Positions 38,808 to 54,582 of a DNA stretch of 64,000 bases are shown in pieces. Position 1 is the stretch's first letter. Each line of letters begins with the position of its first letter. The stretch comes from Adineta vaga (lineage: Eukaryota > Animalia > Rotifera): positions 1,240,001 through 1,304,000 of the forward strand of contig CP075497.1 of assembly GCA_021613535.1 (NCBI GenBank), given 5' to 3'. The notes under the pieces were generated by a model. That model did not search any database. It saw only the letters and a list, made by a program, of their open reading frames with translations, and was not told the origin of the DNA. A program made the translations under genes and the position numbers.

Positions 38808-41092
38808 AATTACACGCTTTTTTTTGTTGAAGAAACTTTTCGTTATATATGTATGTATCTAAAAGGGTAAGTTTTTGTTTGCTGTCTCGTTTCATTCGAA
38901 TTAAAAATATATGAATAACTCTCTTATTTACTTGACAAGTCAATGTTTTCTGTTGGTTGTGCAAAAAAGGAAAAAAGACGGAAAGAATAAAATATAATAT
39001 TCATGTATAGACAAGAGAAATGCTGTATTCTTTTTATCCTATTTGAATAGTAAATCGCTATTATGTGTTCTAGTATATATTTGTACGGTATAAACAGCTG
39101 TTGTCAACAGACATATTGATACAAACTTTTCTTCTTTTCTTCCTTCTCCATATTCTAATGGTAAATATGTCATAGGTCTATTAACCGTACTTATTGTCAA
39201 CATAAGCAATCAACGTACGAAATAATTGATTCGATCAAGTCAAAACTCAGACATATATCTGTACTTTTCAGTAACATTAACAATAATACTGTAAACGTTT
39301 TTTTTATGAATTTTATTTGTACTTACTCTTCACTATAATCAAACATAAATATAAAATAACAAATACTTACATTCGAAAAACTATTCTGTTTGATATATGA
39401 AAAAGAGCGCTAGAGCGTAAATCGATGCTGCATCATTAACATCATTGCTCTCTAACGTTGATATTAAAAAATGTGACTATTTACCTGTCACCTATACTCT
39501 AATGAATATATGTAATAAGAAGCACATGTTTGTATAATGAAAAATAAGTTTCATTCATGTGCGCATTCTACCATCACAAGTGCAAAACAAATATATATTC
39601 TCCATGTACGGATGTGTTGGAGGTAATGTTTCACGATCAATTCCAATTGCTTTCTTCAGATATGACAACGCTTCATCGACTGGACCCGTATCTTCTTAAA
39701 TATAACCAATATTTCGATGATTGGGAGGAAAGCAATATTATACTGAGATGTTTCTCACAAATTGACGAAGCTTTCAGATGATATTGGAGTGCTTTCTTAT
39801 ATTTATCTTGTTTTCGATAAATAGTACCAATACAGTTATAACTATATGTACTTGATCAAACTCGTTTATAAATATAAGTTGTGCGCTTGTTAGTGTAAGA
39901 GAAAGAAGAGAGTTTGAGAAGCTAATCTATCTGTTCATGGACTATGGAACTGTATGATGATCTCACAAACACTCGTCGTTCATAGTCCACTGTGCCGTTT
40001 ATGAGTTCATTGAAAAGCATATTCACTCGCTTAGAGAATGTTGCAACAACGACGACTTGAGCAGAATCTTGAAGATGATATATTGATTATCATATCGTAG
40101 TACTTTGGCTCATGTAGAAATATAGCTCAATTCCGTTCTTTAAACTGATCGTCTATTTCTGATCCAATTATCATTAATTTGAAAGAAGTCCAAACTATAA
40201 CGTTGCTGCTGTTTCAATGATTAGATGTCTAATTCGAGTTCGATTGTAAATGTTTATTTCAAAAACAAATCTTAACATAAAATTAATTCATCAGGAAAAC
40301 ATGGTTTTAGTTGTACGTACCTATGATTCATATTCGGACATAGTTATATCTGTATATATGAGTTAGAATTAAAAAAAAGGCCAAAATAAATCTATTCCTA
40401 ACAATCCCTATTTTTACAGAAGTTCATAGGAATGCGCTATAAATGTATCAAATTAAAATTACATCTACCCTTATGTTATCTTCAAATTATAGTTGTCTTT
40501 TTCACAAATTACTTTCGAAGTTATAACAAACAGCTGAATCTTCATTTATATTCTAACTCATATTAGGCAGCTCATGTAAAATTTGTTTAAATTGAATAAA
40601 ATCAATAAATGGTGTGTCTTCTAAAAGATTTACAATGTCGATCCATTTTTCATTTAATAACAATTCAATTAAATAAGAATAACGTAATTCAATGTCATAT
40701 TTATCTTTTATCAATCGTTGTTTTAACAAATCCATTTCTTAATTAAACGTTTATCTATGCGCCTTTTTCCAATGAACAGAGAATCTTCTGTTTTTTCTCT
40801 TTTCAAGTCCAAAATTCTTGGAACCTTATCTTTTGTATATACGCTATAGAATCGACCCGTATGTCCGTCTTTTTACTCATATAACTTCAGAAGATAGAAC
40901 TCCAATAAAAACTGCCTACATGAAATACTTATTAATGAAAAGAAGTTTGTTTCAGCCAAAGACTCTTTCTTGAAAAACTTTAGATTTGAATCTGAGATTT
41001 TCACATTTTTTATTGTCCATAATTTGTCTGATGATAGATATATACATTTGGATCAATAATTGTTTCTAATATTTTATTTTTGATAAGAAAAA

Positions 41093-42152
41093 TTAATGAC
41101 TTTGTACATTTCTTTGTACTAGTTTTTGAAACAAATGACGATACAAAATAATTATTCTTTCATAAAATATATTTCGAAAGAATTTACTTGAAATAATTGA
41201 TACGAAGAAAGATAAAGCATAATTGACAAAATATAAAGAACCACCCAATGTTTCAGCAAACACTACTGCAGCACGATGAGCAACTGTTGGAGTAATAATA
41301 TTAAAGACAATATTACGATAAGTAAAAGAACCAAAACGTAAGAGAGAAAGTAATATACTTAGAAAAACTTGTATTAAAATGATCTATAATTTAAAAAAAT
41401 TTACATGAATTGATTTATTTATTGATAAGAAATATTAATAAAATCGTACCTTTAGAAGTTTAATTTCGAATGTTTTTCGACGATTTGATGTACGATTTTC
41501 TGTTATTGCAGGAAATACACGTTGTTGTGATTGTTTAAAAGTATTTATAGTCATAAGAGAAAAGATTAACATAAGAATATGAGGTAAAAATATGACAACA
41601 ATAATTGTATAAGATACATTAATATATATATATATAAATACTTGAAGGTTGAATTTGACACAGATTATTATAAATATTATAAAAGATAAGAATATGTATT
41701 GGTATTGTAATAGAAAGTATTAACATAAGAGTTGATATTCGTTTTGCAATTTTAATTTGACTTCGTGCACGTACTTTGGCATTATGTGATATACAAAAAT
41801 ATCGATCAAGTATAGATAAAAATATGTAATAAGAACAAATTGTAGGTAATGTCAATGCAAAATAATAACGAAATTTACAAAATAAAGATGATTCATTTAA
41901 TAAATTACTTCCAGAACGATCATAAAACAAACGAAATAAAACACATATTAAAATAGTTATTAATTCAGATATTGTTGCACATAATAAATAGAATACAGCT
42001 GAAGACTGACGTATTTGTCGATTAGTAAATGTTATTAAATTACCAATACAACCAATTATACCAAAAATGAAAGTAATAAGATCGATACTTAATGTAATGT
42101 TAGAGAGAATTTGGGATAATGTAGTTGAATAGAGAGCCACTATTGAGGACAT
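41093..42152 (-). CDS. Orphan class A GPCR with a frameshift inside a (TA)n tract
   Basis: GCIGN, LDRY; the ORF stops at 41619 but TM5-7 continue in another frame; intron 41384-41449; last exon 41383-41093. Confidence 0.7.
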
Positions 42153-42969
42153 CTTTTTATATTTAATATAGATGATTAGTTGACGAACGAAGAGTTCAAA
42201 TGTTGACGAGAAATAATAAAATGAAATGATATCTTATACTTTCTCACAAAACGCGTAGATCATTAATTAATTCTATTATATGTGTTGGATTATAATATAT
42301 TGAAAGTGGTAAATAATGAATGACTTATATATATATATATGAATGAAAGATAAAATGAGATTAATGCACGATTTATTTTAGATCAAACAAAAGTTGTTCA
42401 AAAGAATATATAAAATAATAATCGAGAAAAGAATCCGAATATAAATCTAGAGAGGGTGAGTGTGAGATTGATTGTGGATATCTCTTCTTCATTCACACTC
42501 ACTCAAGATCCAAAATAAATCTCAACATATAAAACTATGGGCAACCTATGAAATGATATTTTGATTGAAGAAGTATAAATCCTACTAGTTCCTAAAAAGT
42601 GCTAATGATTTTCATTTAAGATATGATTTATCCTCTTGGTCTTGTCATGAATACTGTTTTGAGTATCTAGTTTAGCAACTCATTCATCGTTCGTTTCATA
42701 TGCTGTATAAGAGCGATATTAACTCTATTATATAGACGATTATAGTTTAATAAATTGATATACCCTTCGTGTATAGCTTGTTGACAACTAAGACAAAGAT
42801 AAAATGTATCCTCGTGTAGTGATGCGAACTTGCAAAGGAATTTTACAATGATTTATTTTGATAAATAACGATTGGATATTGATTACAATAATTCTTTTCA
42901 AAAGAACAAATGAAATAAATTAATAACAATAAACGACAAAATATTACTTCTGTTATATTTCTAAATCTC

Positions 42970-45900
42970 TTACACCCACGGTATGATTTCACCTCCATCG
43001 GTAGAAGAATTGGTCATCAACATTCCTCTATAGTATATTGTAGCATTAAATGTTGCGACTGCATAAATTTCATTGGTAGCACAAACATAGACCACTGCTC
43101 CATCTGTAGCTGTTACGTTAACAGTCGACGAGCATCTTGATGGATCTGTCAAAACCATCGCATTGTTAGCATCAATCGAGATATTCACATTTGCGCAAAC
43201 ATTGAAAAATTTGCTACTATCACTGACAGTTATATTGAGTTCTTTAGGGCACACTTGCGTAGAATCGTATACGAATGATGAATTAATACCATAAATGTTC
43301 ATCGAATTCACAGCACAAAAAGATACTGACTCATTAACATTGGTAGCAGTTACAGTTGTTGTTCCAGGACATGGCCAAGAAGTATTGGCGGTAACAATAG
43401 CTAAGTCATAAATATCGATATTCAGCTCAACACTAGCACATAGATTCGAAATACGAGCTCGATCAAAGGCAACAGCATACGTAGTCTGTGGACATACAAC
43501 AGAAGAATTAACAACAATATCGGATAAATTAGTTATATACATCTGAAGTTCATTATACGCACATACACCGGCTATGGACGTATTGCTCGAACTATTGACG
43601 GATGCGTATTGTGGACATGGCCAAGTCTGATTAATTGAAACATTCGCCCCGTCCGTCATCTGAATATTCAACTGAGCCATAGCACACAGATTTGAAATCG
43701 TTGCACTTTCTGAAACTGTCACACTTGTATTCTGTGGGCATATAACCGTTGTATCAACAATAAGTTTGGATAAATTGCTAGCAGTCAACTGCAATATCTT
43801 TTGTGCACAAATGTCAGAAATTGGAATGGTATTAGAACTAGTAACTGTTACGTTTTGTGGACATGGCCACGTATGATTAATTGACACGTTCGCCATATTT
43901 TGAGCTCGAATAGTTAATTGTGAAGTAGCACATATATTTGGAATAATAGCACTTGCTGATGCCATAATAATTGCAACCGCTGGACATATCGCCGATGAAT
44001 CGACAATGAGACTAGATGAATCGCTAGCAGTCAAATGAAGTGTATTCTGTGAGCAAATGTTAAATATTGGAATGATAGTAGAACTAGTAATTGTTGTGTC
44101 GTGTGGACATGAAGACGCTTGATTGATAGAAACATTCGCCATATTTGCAGCTTGAATAGTTAGTACTGTTGAAGCACATACTTCAGGTATAATAGTAGTA
44201 TCAAATGCTACAATATGTGCTGTTTCCGGACATATATTACTAGAACTAACGAAGAGACTAGAAGAACCACTACCAGTCAATTGCAGATTATTTTGTGCAC
44301 ATATATGAGCAATTGAAATATTACTTGAGCTCGTGACAATAGTATTCTGTGGACATGGCCATGTATAATTAATTGAAATATTTGCTGTATTTGCAGCTTC
44401 AATACTTAACTGTCTTGTAGCACAGATGTTTGAAATCGATGCATTTTGTGAAGCTTTGACAATTGTATTTTGTGGACATAACATAGATGAATTCACAACA
44501 AGATTAGCTGAGCTACTACCAGTTAACTGTACTGTATTATTTGCGCATATGTGAGCAATTGGGACTGTAGAAGAACTAGTAATTATGGTGTATTGAGCGC
44601 ACGGCCAATTTGGATTAATTGAAACATTAGCCGAATTTGCAGCGTCGATACTTAATTGAATCGTACTACAAAGGTTTTCAATCACCGTACTTTGTGCGGC
44701 TATAACACTTGCATTGTGAGAACATGTAACATTCGAATTGACGATCAAATTAGATGAGTTGCTAGCAGTCAACTGTAAGATTTCTTGTGCACAAATATGA
44801 GCAATTGGAAAAGAACTCGAACTAGTGATTGTTGTGTATTGCGGGCATGGCCATGTCTGATCAATTGACACATTTGCATTGTGTGCAGCTTGAATGGTTA
44901 GTCGAGAGATCGCACAAACATTTGGTATCAAAGCACTGTCCAAGGCGTTAACAGTCGTTGTCTGCGGACATACGATAGTTGAATCAACAGTAAGATTTGC
45001 GGTTGCGTTCCCAGTTAACTGTAATGTATTGTTTGCACATATATGAGCGATAGGAACATTACTAGAACTTGTGATGGTTGTATTCTGTGGACAAGGCCAT
45101 GTCTCATTAATAGAAACATTGGATGTATTAGTAGCTTGAATATTTAATTGAACTGTCGCACATAGATTAGGAATTGACGCATTTTGGGAAGCTACGGCAA
45201 TTGTGATCTGTGGACATACAACAGAAAAGTTGACAATGAGGTTGGATGAACTACTAGCAGTCAACGATAATGAATTTTGTGCACAAATATAAGCGATGGA
45301 AATATTACTAGAACTAGTGACTGTAGTATATTGTGGACATGGCCAAGTTTGGTTGATGGAAACATTCGCCGCGTTTGTAGATTGAATCGTTAGTCGAGAA
45401 ATGGCACAGAGATTTGGTATAAGCGCATTACCAGATGCGATAATAGTTGTTGTTTGTGGACATACACTAGTTGAATCGACATTAAGATTTGCGGTTGCGT
45501 TCCCAGTTAACTGTAATGTATTGTTTGCACATATATGAGCGATAGGAACATTACTAGAACTTGTGATGGTTGTATTCTGTGGACAAGGCCATGTCTCATT
45601 AATAGAAATATTGGATGTATTAGTAGCTTGAATATTTAATTGAACTGTCGCACATAGATTAGGAATTGACGCATTTTGGGAAGCTACGGCAATTGTGATC
45701 TGTGGACATACAACAGAAAAGTTGACAATGAGATTGGATGAGCCACTAGCAGATAATCGCAACGTGTTTTGGGCACATATATAAGCGATGGAAATATTAC
45801 TAGAACTAGTGACTGTAGTATATTGTGGACATGGCCAAGTTTGGTTGATGGAAACATTCGCCGCGTTTGAAGATTGAATGGTTAGTCGAGAAATGGCACA

Positions 45901-48383
45901 GAGATTCGGTATAAGTGCGGTGCCAGATGCGGCAGCAGTAGCGATCTGTGGACATAAGACAGTTGAGTCCACAGTAAGATTCGAACTTGTGCTTCCAGTT
46001 AATTGTAATGTATTGCGTGCGCAAATGTAAGCGATGGGAATATTACTAGAACTAGTGACTGTAGTATATTGTGGACATGGCCATGTTTGATTGATGGAAA
46101 CATTTGCCGCGTTTGAAGATTGAATGGTTAGTCGAGAAATGGCACAGATATTTGGTATCAGCGCATTACCAGATACAATAATGGTCGTAGTTTGTGGGCA
46201 AACGCTAGTTGAATCGACATTAAGATTTGCGGTTCCGTTCCCAGTTAACTGTAATGTATTGTTTGCACATATATAAGTGATGGGAATACTACTAGAACTT
46301 GTGATGGTTGCGTTCAGGGGACATGGCCATTTTGGGTTGATTAAAACATTCGCTGTGTTGGCAACTTGAACAGTTAATCGTGTGGTAGCACAGAGATTTG
46401 AAATCAGTGTAGTTTCGGATGCGATAACAGTGACTATTCGCGGACACGTGAGACTTGTATTGACAATGAGAGCAGACGAACCATTCGCAATCATCTGTAA
46501 TGTATTTTGTGCGCATATACGAGAGATTGGAACAGTACTGGAACTAATAATGTATGTATTTTGTGGACATGAGCATGTTTCAATCAGGGTTACATTTGCG
46601 GCATCGCGAACCTGAATGGTCAATGTCGAATAGGCGCCAACATTTAAAATTTGTGTTTCATTAGAACCAAAAACTGCAGTATTGTTAGGACAGCGTGACG
46701 ATGAATCAAAATTGATTGTTGATAAGTCATTACCGGTGACATTCAATATACTATCAGTGCAGAGATCGTTTATTTCCGTTGTACCAGAAGCCACCAAAAC
46801 TGTCGTTGTTGTACATTTGATGGATGCATTGAAATTAACGGTAGAATTACCAGTGATAGTAAGTATTAATACTTGAGAATGGCATATATTAGTAATAGGT
46901 ATACTGCTTTCATATTGAATATGAAGTATTTTTGGACACGGAGCAGTATCATTCATGGTAATTGCAGCTGAATCTGTAGTTCGAATGAACATCTGATCGA
47001 TTGCACAAATGTTAGAAATATTGCTGTGTCCGGAACCTACTGCCATAGTATTTTGTGGACAAACCCATTCTGAGTTAACGTTTACAGCAGATTGTTGTGT
47101 TGCAAATATGCTTAGTAAATTTTTAGCACATATATTTGACATCATCGCATCATTGGTTGCATTAATTACGGTTTGATTAGGGCAAATATGTGTTGAGTTC
47201 ATTGTAATGACGGCAGATTGCTCGCCATTTATATTCATTTCTTCAGTAGCACAAAGACCCAATAGTTGTACTGAATCAAAAGCATGCACAATAGTTTTTT
47301 GTGCACAGCAGATGGATGAGTCGACAGATACTTTAGATAATTGTGTACTTATTATATTCATTATTTGATTCGCTGAAATATTAAGAACTTGTGTTTGATT
47401 TGTTGTTTCAATATTTGTTGTCTTTGGACAAACACATGTTGAATTCATAGTAATTAGAGATGAATCCTTGCCTGTGATATTCATCTCAGTAATCGCACAA
47501 ATATCTAATATTTGACTGTAATCTTCTCCAATTGCAACAGTTCTCTGTGGACATACCAATGATGAATCCATAGTAACTAGAGATTGTTCTTCGGCTTCCA
47601 TACTTGCCGCAACTATGGCACAAACATTATTAATATGTGCCATATTGTGACTATGAACAGTGATTGTGTTAGCACATAATGATTGTTTCATGAAAATATC
47701 ACTATTGTTACAAGCATCAACACTTAAGTAATCATTTGAACAAAGATCATATACTGTCGCATTATTGATGGTTGTAATGTTGACTGACGGTATGTTACAT
47801 GAGTAAGTGTTTGCCATATTAATATTGTCGTCATTTTGTAAGAGCAGAGATAGAAATCGTATCGTTTCTAAAGAAAAGTTTCCTTGATCAATGCATCTGG
47901 TGAATATTTTGAATTGATAATTACCTGTTGTTGTAGCTTCAGGTATTGTTGTCGACGTTGCATCAACATATAAATCTACACAAAAAAAGAAAAAAAAAAC
48001 TTTTAATCGTATGAATATGAAAGTGAGAGCACGAGCCAGCTTATACTATTTTGAAGAATAAATCGATCTTTTTTCTACTCTTTGTTAAACTTACAATTTG
48101 TTTGTAATGATTGATTAATTAATATCAATAAAGAATCAAGGTGCAATTGAATTTTGATTGAATTATTATTTGAAGAAAATAATTGACATGTTTGATTGAC
48201 TGAAAAATAATTCAATGCACTGATTGATTCATTGAATTCGATCATATGACATATACATTGATCTCGAGTTTGATTTACGAAGAATTGATTAATATTTCCA
48301 ATGATAATTGTATTCTGTATTTGATTAAGTAGAATACAATTATTCAGAGAAAATAAATAAAAAATACAAAGTATCCATAACAT
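42970..48383 (-). CDS. Giant secreted Cys-rich beta-solenoid protein: signal peptide, PAN/apple-like domain, about 38 x 41-aa repeats, GIN/DUF2807-like C-terminal cap
   Basis: Exon 1 (MLWILCIFYL...DQCIC...LNYF...TCQLF), a microexon at about 47976-47925, then a long exon. Repeat CPQxTxVxAxxxAxIxNLCAxxxLxIxAxxxxxVxIN; internal 492-bp nucleotide duplication (45061 vs 45553). Confidence 0.75.
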
Positions 48384-48969
48384 ATTTCTAACTTCTTTTT
48401 TCTGAAATATTTCTTGAATGTCTTAACACAATATTATTTCAATTGTTTTTTTCTCATTTTATTAAAAAATCATTTTCAAAATTAATATTTAATGAATTGA
48501 ACAAAAAAAAAGTTTAAGACGTCATAAAAAACAACCCGCCATACTCTGCTTATTAACTTGAGCGGAATGAATATATTTATAAGAGTAAAAGACATCAGTC
48601 AGTTGTGATTTTTCTTCTTCTTCTTCAATGAAATGTTTCTTATTTAATTATATTCATTTTCAAAATATTCTTCCGACATAAAGAAGAGAAAAAAAATTTT
48701 GTTATTAAATGAATTACTTGATTAATATATTGAATAGAATGATTTTACTCGTATATAGAGCATTGCGTTTGTTATAAATCAAATGTATAGAGTGCTTATA
48801 GTTTTCTTCTTTTAATATAGAAATGATGAATAGATTGTTCTTTAACAAGATTATTAATTTTCAAACAAAAAATAATCGAGAGAAAAAGAAAGAATTTTCA
48901 AGATGTATTTATTAAACTTGATTAATATCAAATGAAAAGAAAAGATTCTGTTTTGTTTCATTATATTAA

Positions 48970-49820
48970 TTAACTGATAGTACATAATTTTGATTGATGA
49001 TTTGTTAAATCTTTTTTTTCTGGAATAAAATTTTTGTCATTAAAAGTCGTTTTTTTTATTAATTGATTTGAATTTTGATTTGATAGTTTCATGAATGGTG
49101 CATATGGACATATTTCAGTTAATTGTGTAAATAATTGTGTTGGATCATAGAAGACTTGTAAATCTTGTATTTGATATTGATCATTTATTGTAGCAATACA
49201 CATTCCATAAATTTTAACCATTTTATTTGTTGGATCAGCTTTATAAACTAAGCCAGATAAACCAGTACATGAAAAATAATCTGTCATTCTTCCAAAATGT
49301 CTCCATGTAAATGTAACTGTTGGTGGACCTGAAAAAACTTCTAAAACTTCCCAAGCAAAACCTTCACCTAATGATCTTCTAAAAACTAAATGTGATTCAT
49401 CAAATGAAATTAAACTTGAATCATAATAATTTGTTTGACCAATTAAAGCATTATATGTTCCTTGTTTGACCATATCCCATCCATTATATTTTTGTTGTCC
49501 ATTACATGAAAAACGATAGTTATCCAAATCAACTGTTGTCCATTGTCGTGGATCAATTTTATGACTAACTTCTAAAATGAAAGATTTTTCTTGTTCCTTC
49601 TTTTTTTTATAATGAAATAAAATTTCGAACCTTTTTCCCAATTTTTAACGATATTTTGAACAATAAACGGTAATGAATTTTGTTGATGATCAGTTGATTT
49701 ATATTTTTCAAAAAGTGAATTTGCTCTAGAATAATTGGGAATACCATTTCTCCATTTCGTTTCATTTGACGTATCTTTTAAAACAAAATCTCTATCAAGA
49801 CAAAATGGTGGAATCGACAT
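48970..49820 (-). CDS. Plant/fungal-type 'pathogen-related protein' (SnoaL/NTF2-like fold), 2 exons, C-terminal CaaX
   Basis: WRNGIPNY, VQNIVKNWEKEVSHK, GTYNAL, FAWEVLEVFSGPPTVTFTWRHFG; intron at about 49572-49629; ends CTIS*. Confidence 0.8.
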
Positions 49821-50206
49821 GTTCGTTTAGATTTGTTATCAAATGAATATGAAAAAAAAGAGATAGAAAAGACTTTCTTATATAGAAAAAGAAAATCATT
49901 TCCGTTTGTATAGTTTTTTTTTTCTTTTCACTAAGGAAAATCTCATTAATTCCTTTTCTATTTTATTTGACATTAACAATTCTTTTTCTTCTTTTTTTTA
50001 ATTAATCTTCCAATGAATTAAATCTTACGACGTATTACTCAAATTAATTACTTTCTTTTTTTCTTTTCTCGAATATTCTTTTTCGTATTATTTTTCATCC
50101 GATTATTAAGTACATTGAATAAAAACAAATCTTTTTCGTTCTTATTTATCTCTTCATACACGTGTTTAGTTTTTATCAAAAAAAAAGAAAAAGAATCATT
50201 GTCGAA

Positions 50207-51999
<1,793 letters not shown>

Positions 52000-52008
<9 letters not shown>

Positions 52009-53886
52009 TTCATTTTGAGAAATGAAACGATGAAGTTGAAAATGAATTGAACATTGAAATGGTTGAAGAATTTCTTTGATATCGGATTTATCTTTAAAAT
52101 AAATTGAAAGAATTTTATCTTTTATTTAAAAGATCATCAAACCTTTGACTTTTTCTTTCGTTTTATCTTTTATTGAATCATTTTTCTTTATTTCTTTGGA
52201 TTTTTTTGATTTTATTTGTGAATTATCTTGTTCAATTATTGGATAAATATCTTCTTTAATAGAACATTTATATGGAAATAAGATTTGATAATCTCCATCA
52301 AGAAATGATCGAAGTTCAATTGTAAATTCACATAAAACTGTTTCAATTGGATTTTTTCGTTGAATTAATTTATTTAAATCTTCATTTCGTTTCTTTTTCG
52401 GAGATATTTCTGTTGTTTTCTATTTCAAAAACAAGAAACTATTTTTAAATTTATTTCAATTCTTCTTGTTTTCTTACTTTCTCAGAATTTTGATTCGATT
52501 TCTTTTTTGAATCTTTGATTTCTTCTGGTGGCCAATATTCTGCCTAAAGAATTTCATATTAAAATCAATTCATAAGAAGAAAATAGATATAATATTATTA
52601 CTAATTGATGAATAAATTGACATTTTGTTCCATGAAAAAGAAAATCACGAAATGAAATTAAATTACGAATTGTAAAATCCATATGATTGGGTGATAAATC
52701 CATATTGATTTTATAATCGGAATGTTGAAAATCTAAATAAGTCGAATTAAATCGATTAAAATTCGCAAATTTATCAAATGGAATATCAATTTCTTCTTCT
52801 TCTTTTTCGTTTTCATCAAACCAATTGAAACGTAATTTATATCGATGAATTTGTAATGGCCATTCTTCCTTTTCCAAAAGAAAATAATGAACAAAAACAA
52901 ACTTCATTTATTTATAAAGAAATCAAACTTGATGAACAGGTGGTGATGGAATATTAAGTAAATTTGATAATTTAATTGTTAATTTTGCATAATCATTTCG
53001 ATGATTTTTATTTGTTGAAAAAGATCTTGCACGAAATCTTTCTTCTCGTGTTATTGTTATATCATCAAGAATTGCTAATTGATCAAGAGAATCAATAACA
53101 AATAAACGATAATCAACAATTAACTAAATAGAGAAGAGAACGAAACATAGAGAGAGAGAAAAGAAAAGAAAAGAAAACAAACTGATAAAGGATTTCCATG
53201 TAAATATAAAATTCTTAATTGATTTAAATTTTTTAATGATTCAATTGTTTGTTCAATTTTATTTAATAAATTATAACTTAAATCGATTAAATTTAAATTT
53301 AACCTAAAATAAAACGATTGTATTTGGAAATAAAACAAAAAAGAAGAAGAAATAAACCATTTTTGATTTAAAAAAATCTTTTCAATTGAAGATATTTCAT
53401 TAAAAGACAGGCCAAGACTTTGTAATTCTTCACAATGATTTTCAATTCCATTAAGAGAATTAAGAAAATTTCCGGATAATTCTAAATGCTAAAAAAAATA
53501 GAAAGAATTTTGATTTAACGAAAAAAATGGGACAAGAACACTTGAAGATGTTTTGATAAATATTTCCATTGAATATTTTCATTTTTATTTAATAGATTTG
53601 TCGAAAGAATAAGATTTTGAATTGATAATGGAAGATTTTTTGGTAAATTTTCAATCTGTTGATCAATTAAACGAAGAGATTTTGAAGAATTTAATTGACG
53701 AGATTTATTTAATAATTCTTCAAGATTTAATTGATTATCATTTGAATATTTCTTATTTTCACCTAATTGATTTATTAATTCAATTGTTTCATTTTCATCT
53801 AAATATTTTATACGAATTCAAATCTTTTCTTTGTTAGAAAACTTACTCGAGATTTCATCAGAATAAATTTCATTTTTTTTAAACAT
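52000..53886 (-). CDS. LRRC43: Leucine-rich repeat-containing protein 43-like
   Basis: LRRs (SLRLID, LELSGN, LGLSFN, IDLSYN, LYLHGNPL), LRR cap DYRLFVIDSLDQLAILDDITIT, Lys-rich C-terminus; multiple phase-consistent short introns. Confidence 0.65.
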
Positions 53887-54582
53887 TTTCTTTCTTTTTT
53901 CTAAACAGTTTATTCGAATATTTTAAAGAAATAAAGAAATCATTTTTTTATTCTTTGTCATATAAACAATCCTCTTTCTTCTTATTTTCTGCTAGATGTC
54001 ACTTTTTAACACACAAGTATTCTAATAACATCAATTATAAAAGTATCGGCGGAAAATCACAATCTGCATAAAAATGACAAGATTGATTAAAAAAATGTCT
54101 TTCATAATATTGTCAATGAATTCAACGCTTGATTAATCTTATTTGTTTTGACCATATCATATCTAATCGATATACATTCATACTATTTCATTTTTCTATT
54201 TATCAAAGGTAAGAGTAGACCCATGTTGCCTATTTTTAACGACTGTACGACATTTACATCGTAAAAAATGATAAAAACAATTCTTTTTCATTTCGGTATA
54301 ATATATCGATAATGTACTTTAATATCTGTACGACTAAATTTTGTACATTTTTAATATCAGGTCAAAATCATTGATCCGTATAGCGTAAGGACAAAATTTT
54401 ATATCTGAATATTCGTATCGATAAAATCGTGATTGATTTTCATAAAAGAATATATAATAAATTAGTATGCATATCATCATTTCTCTTCGAACTAAATGTT
54501 AAAAAATATTCAGATGAAACAATATAAAAGGAAACAAGAAGATTAATCTATTGATTTTTCATAAATTATTTTAGATAAAAAG

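Noticed and set aside
39950-40735. Minus-strand protein-like fragments
   Set aside because: Many stops and no motif I can assign confidently.
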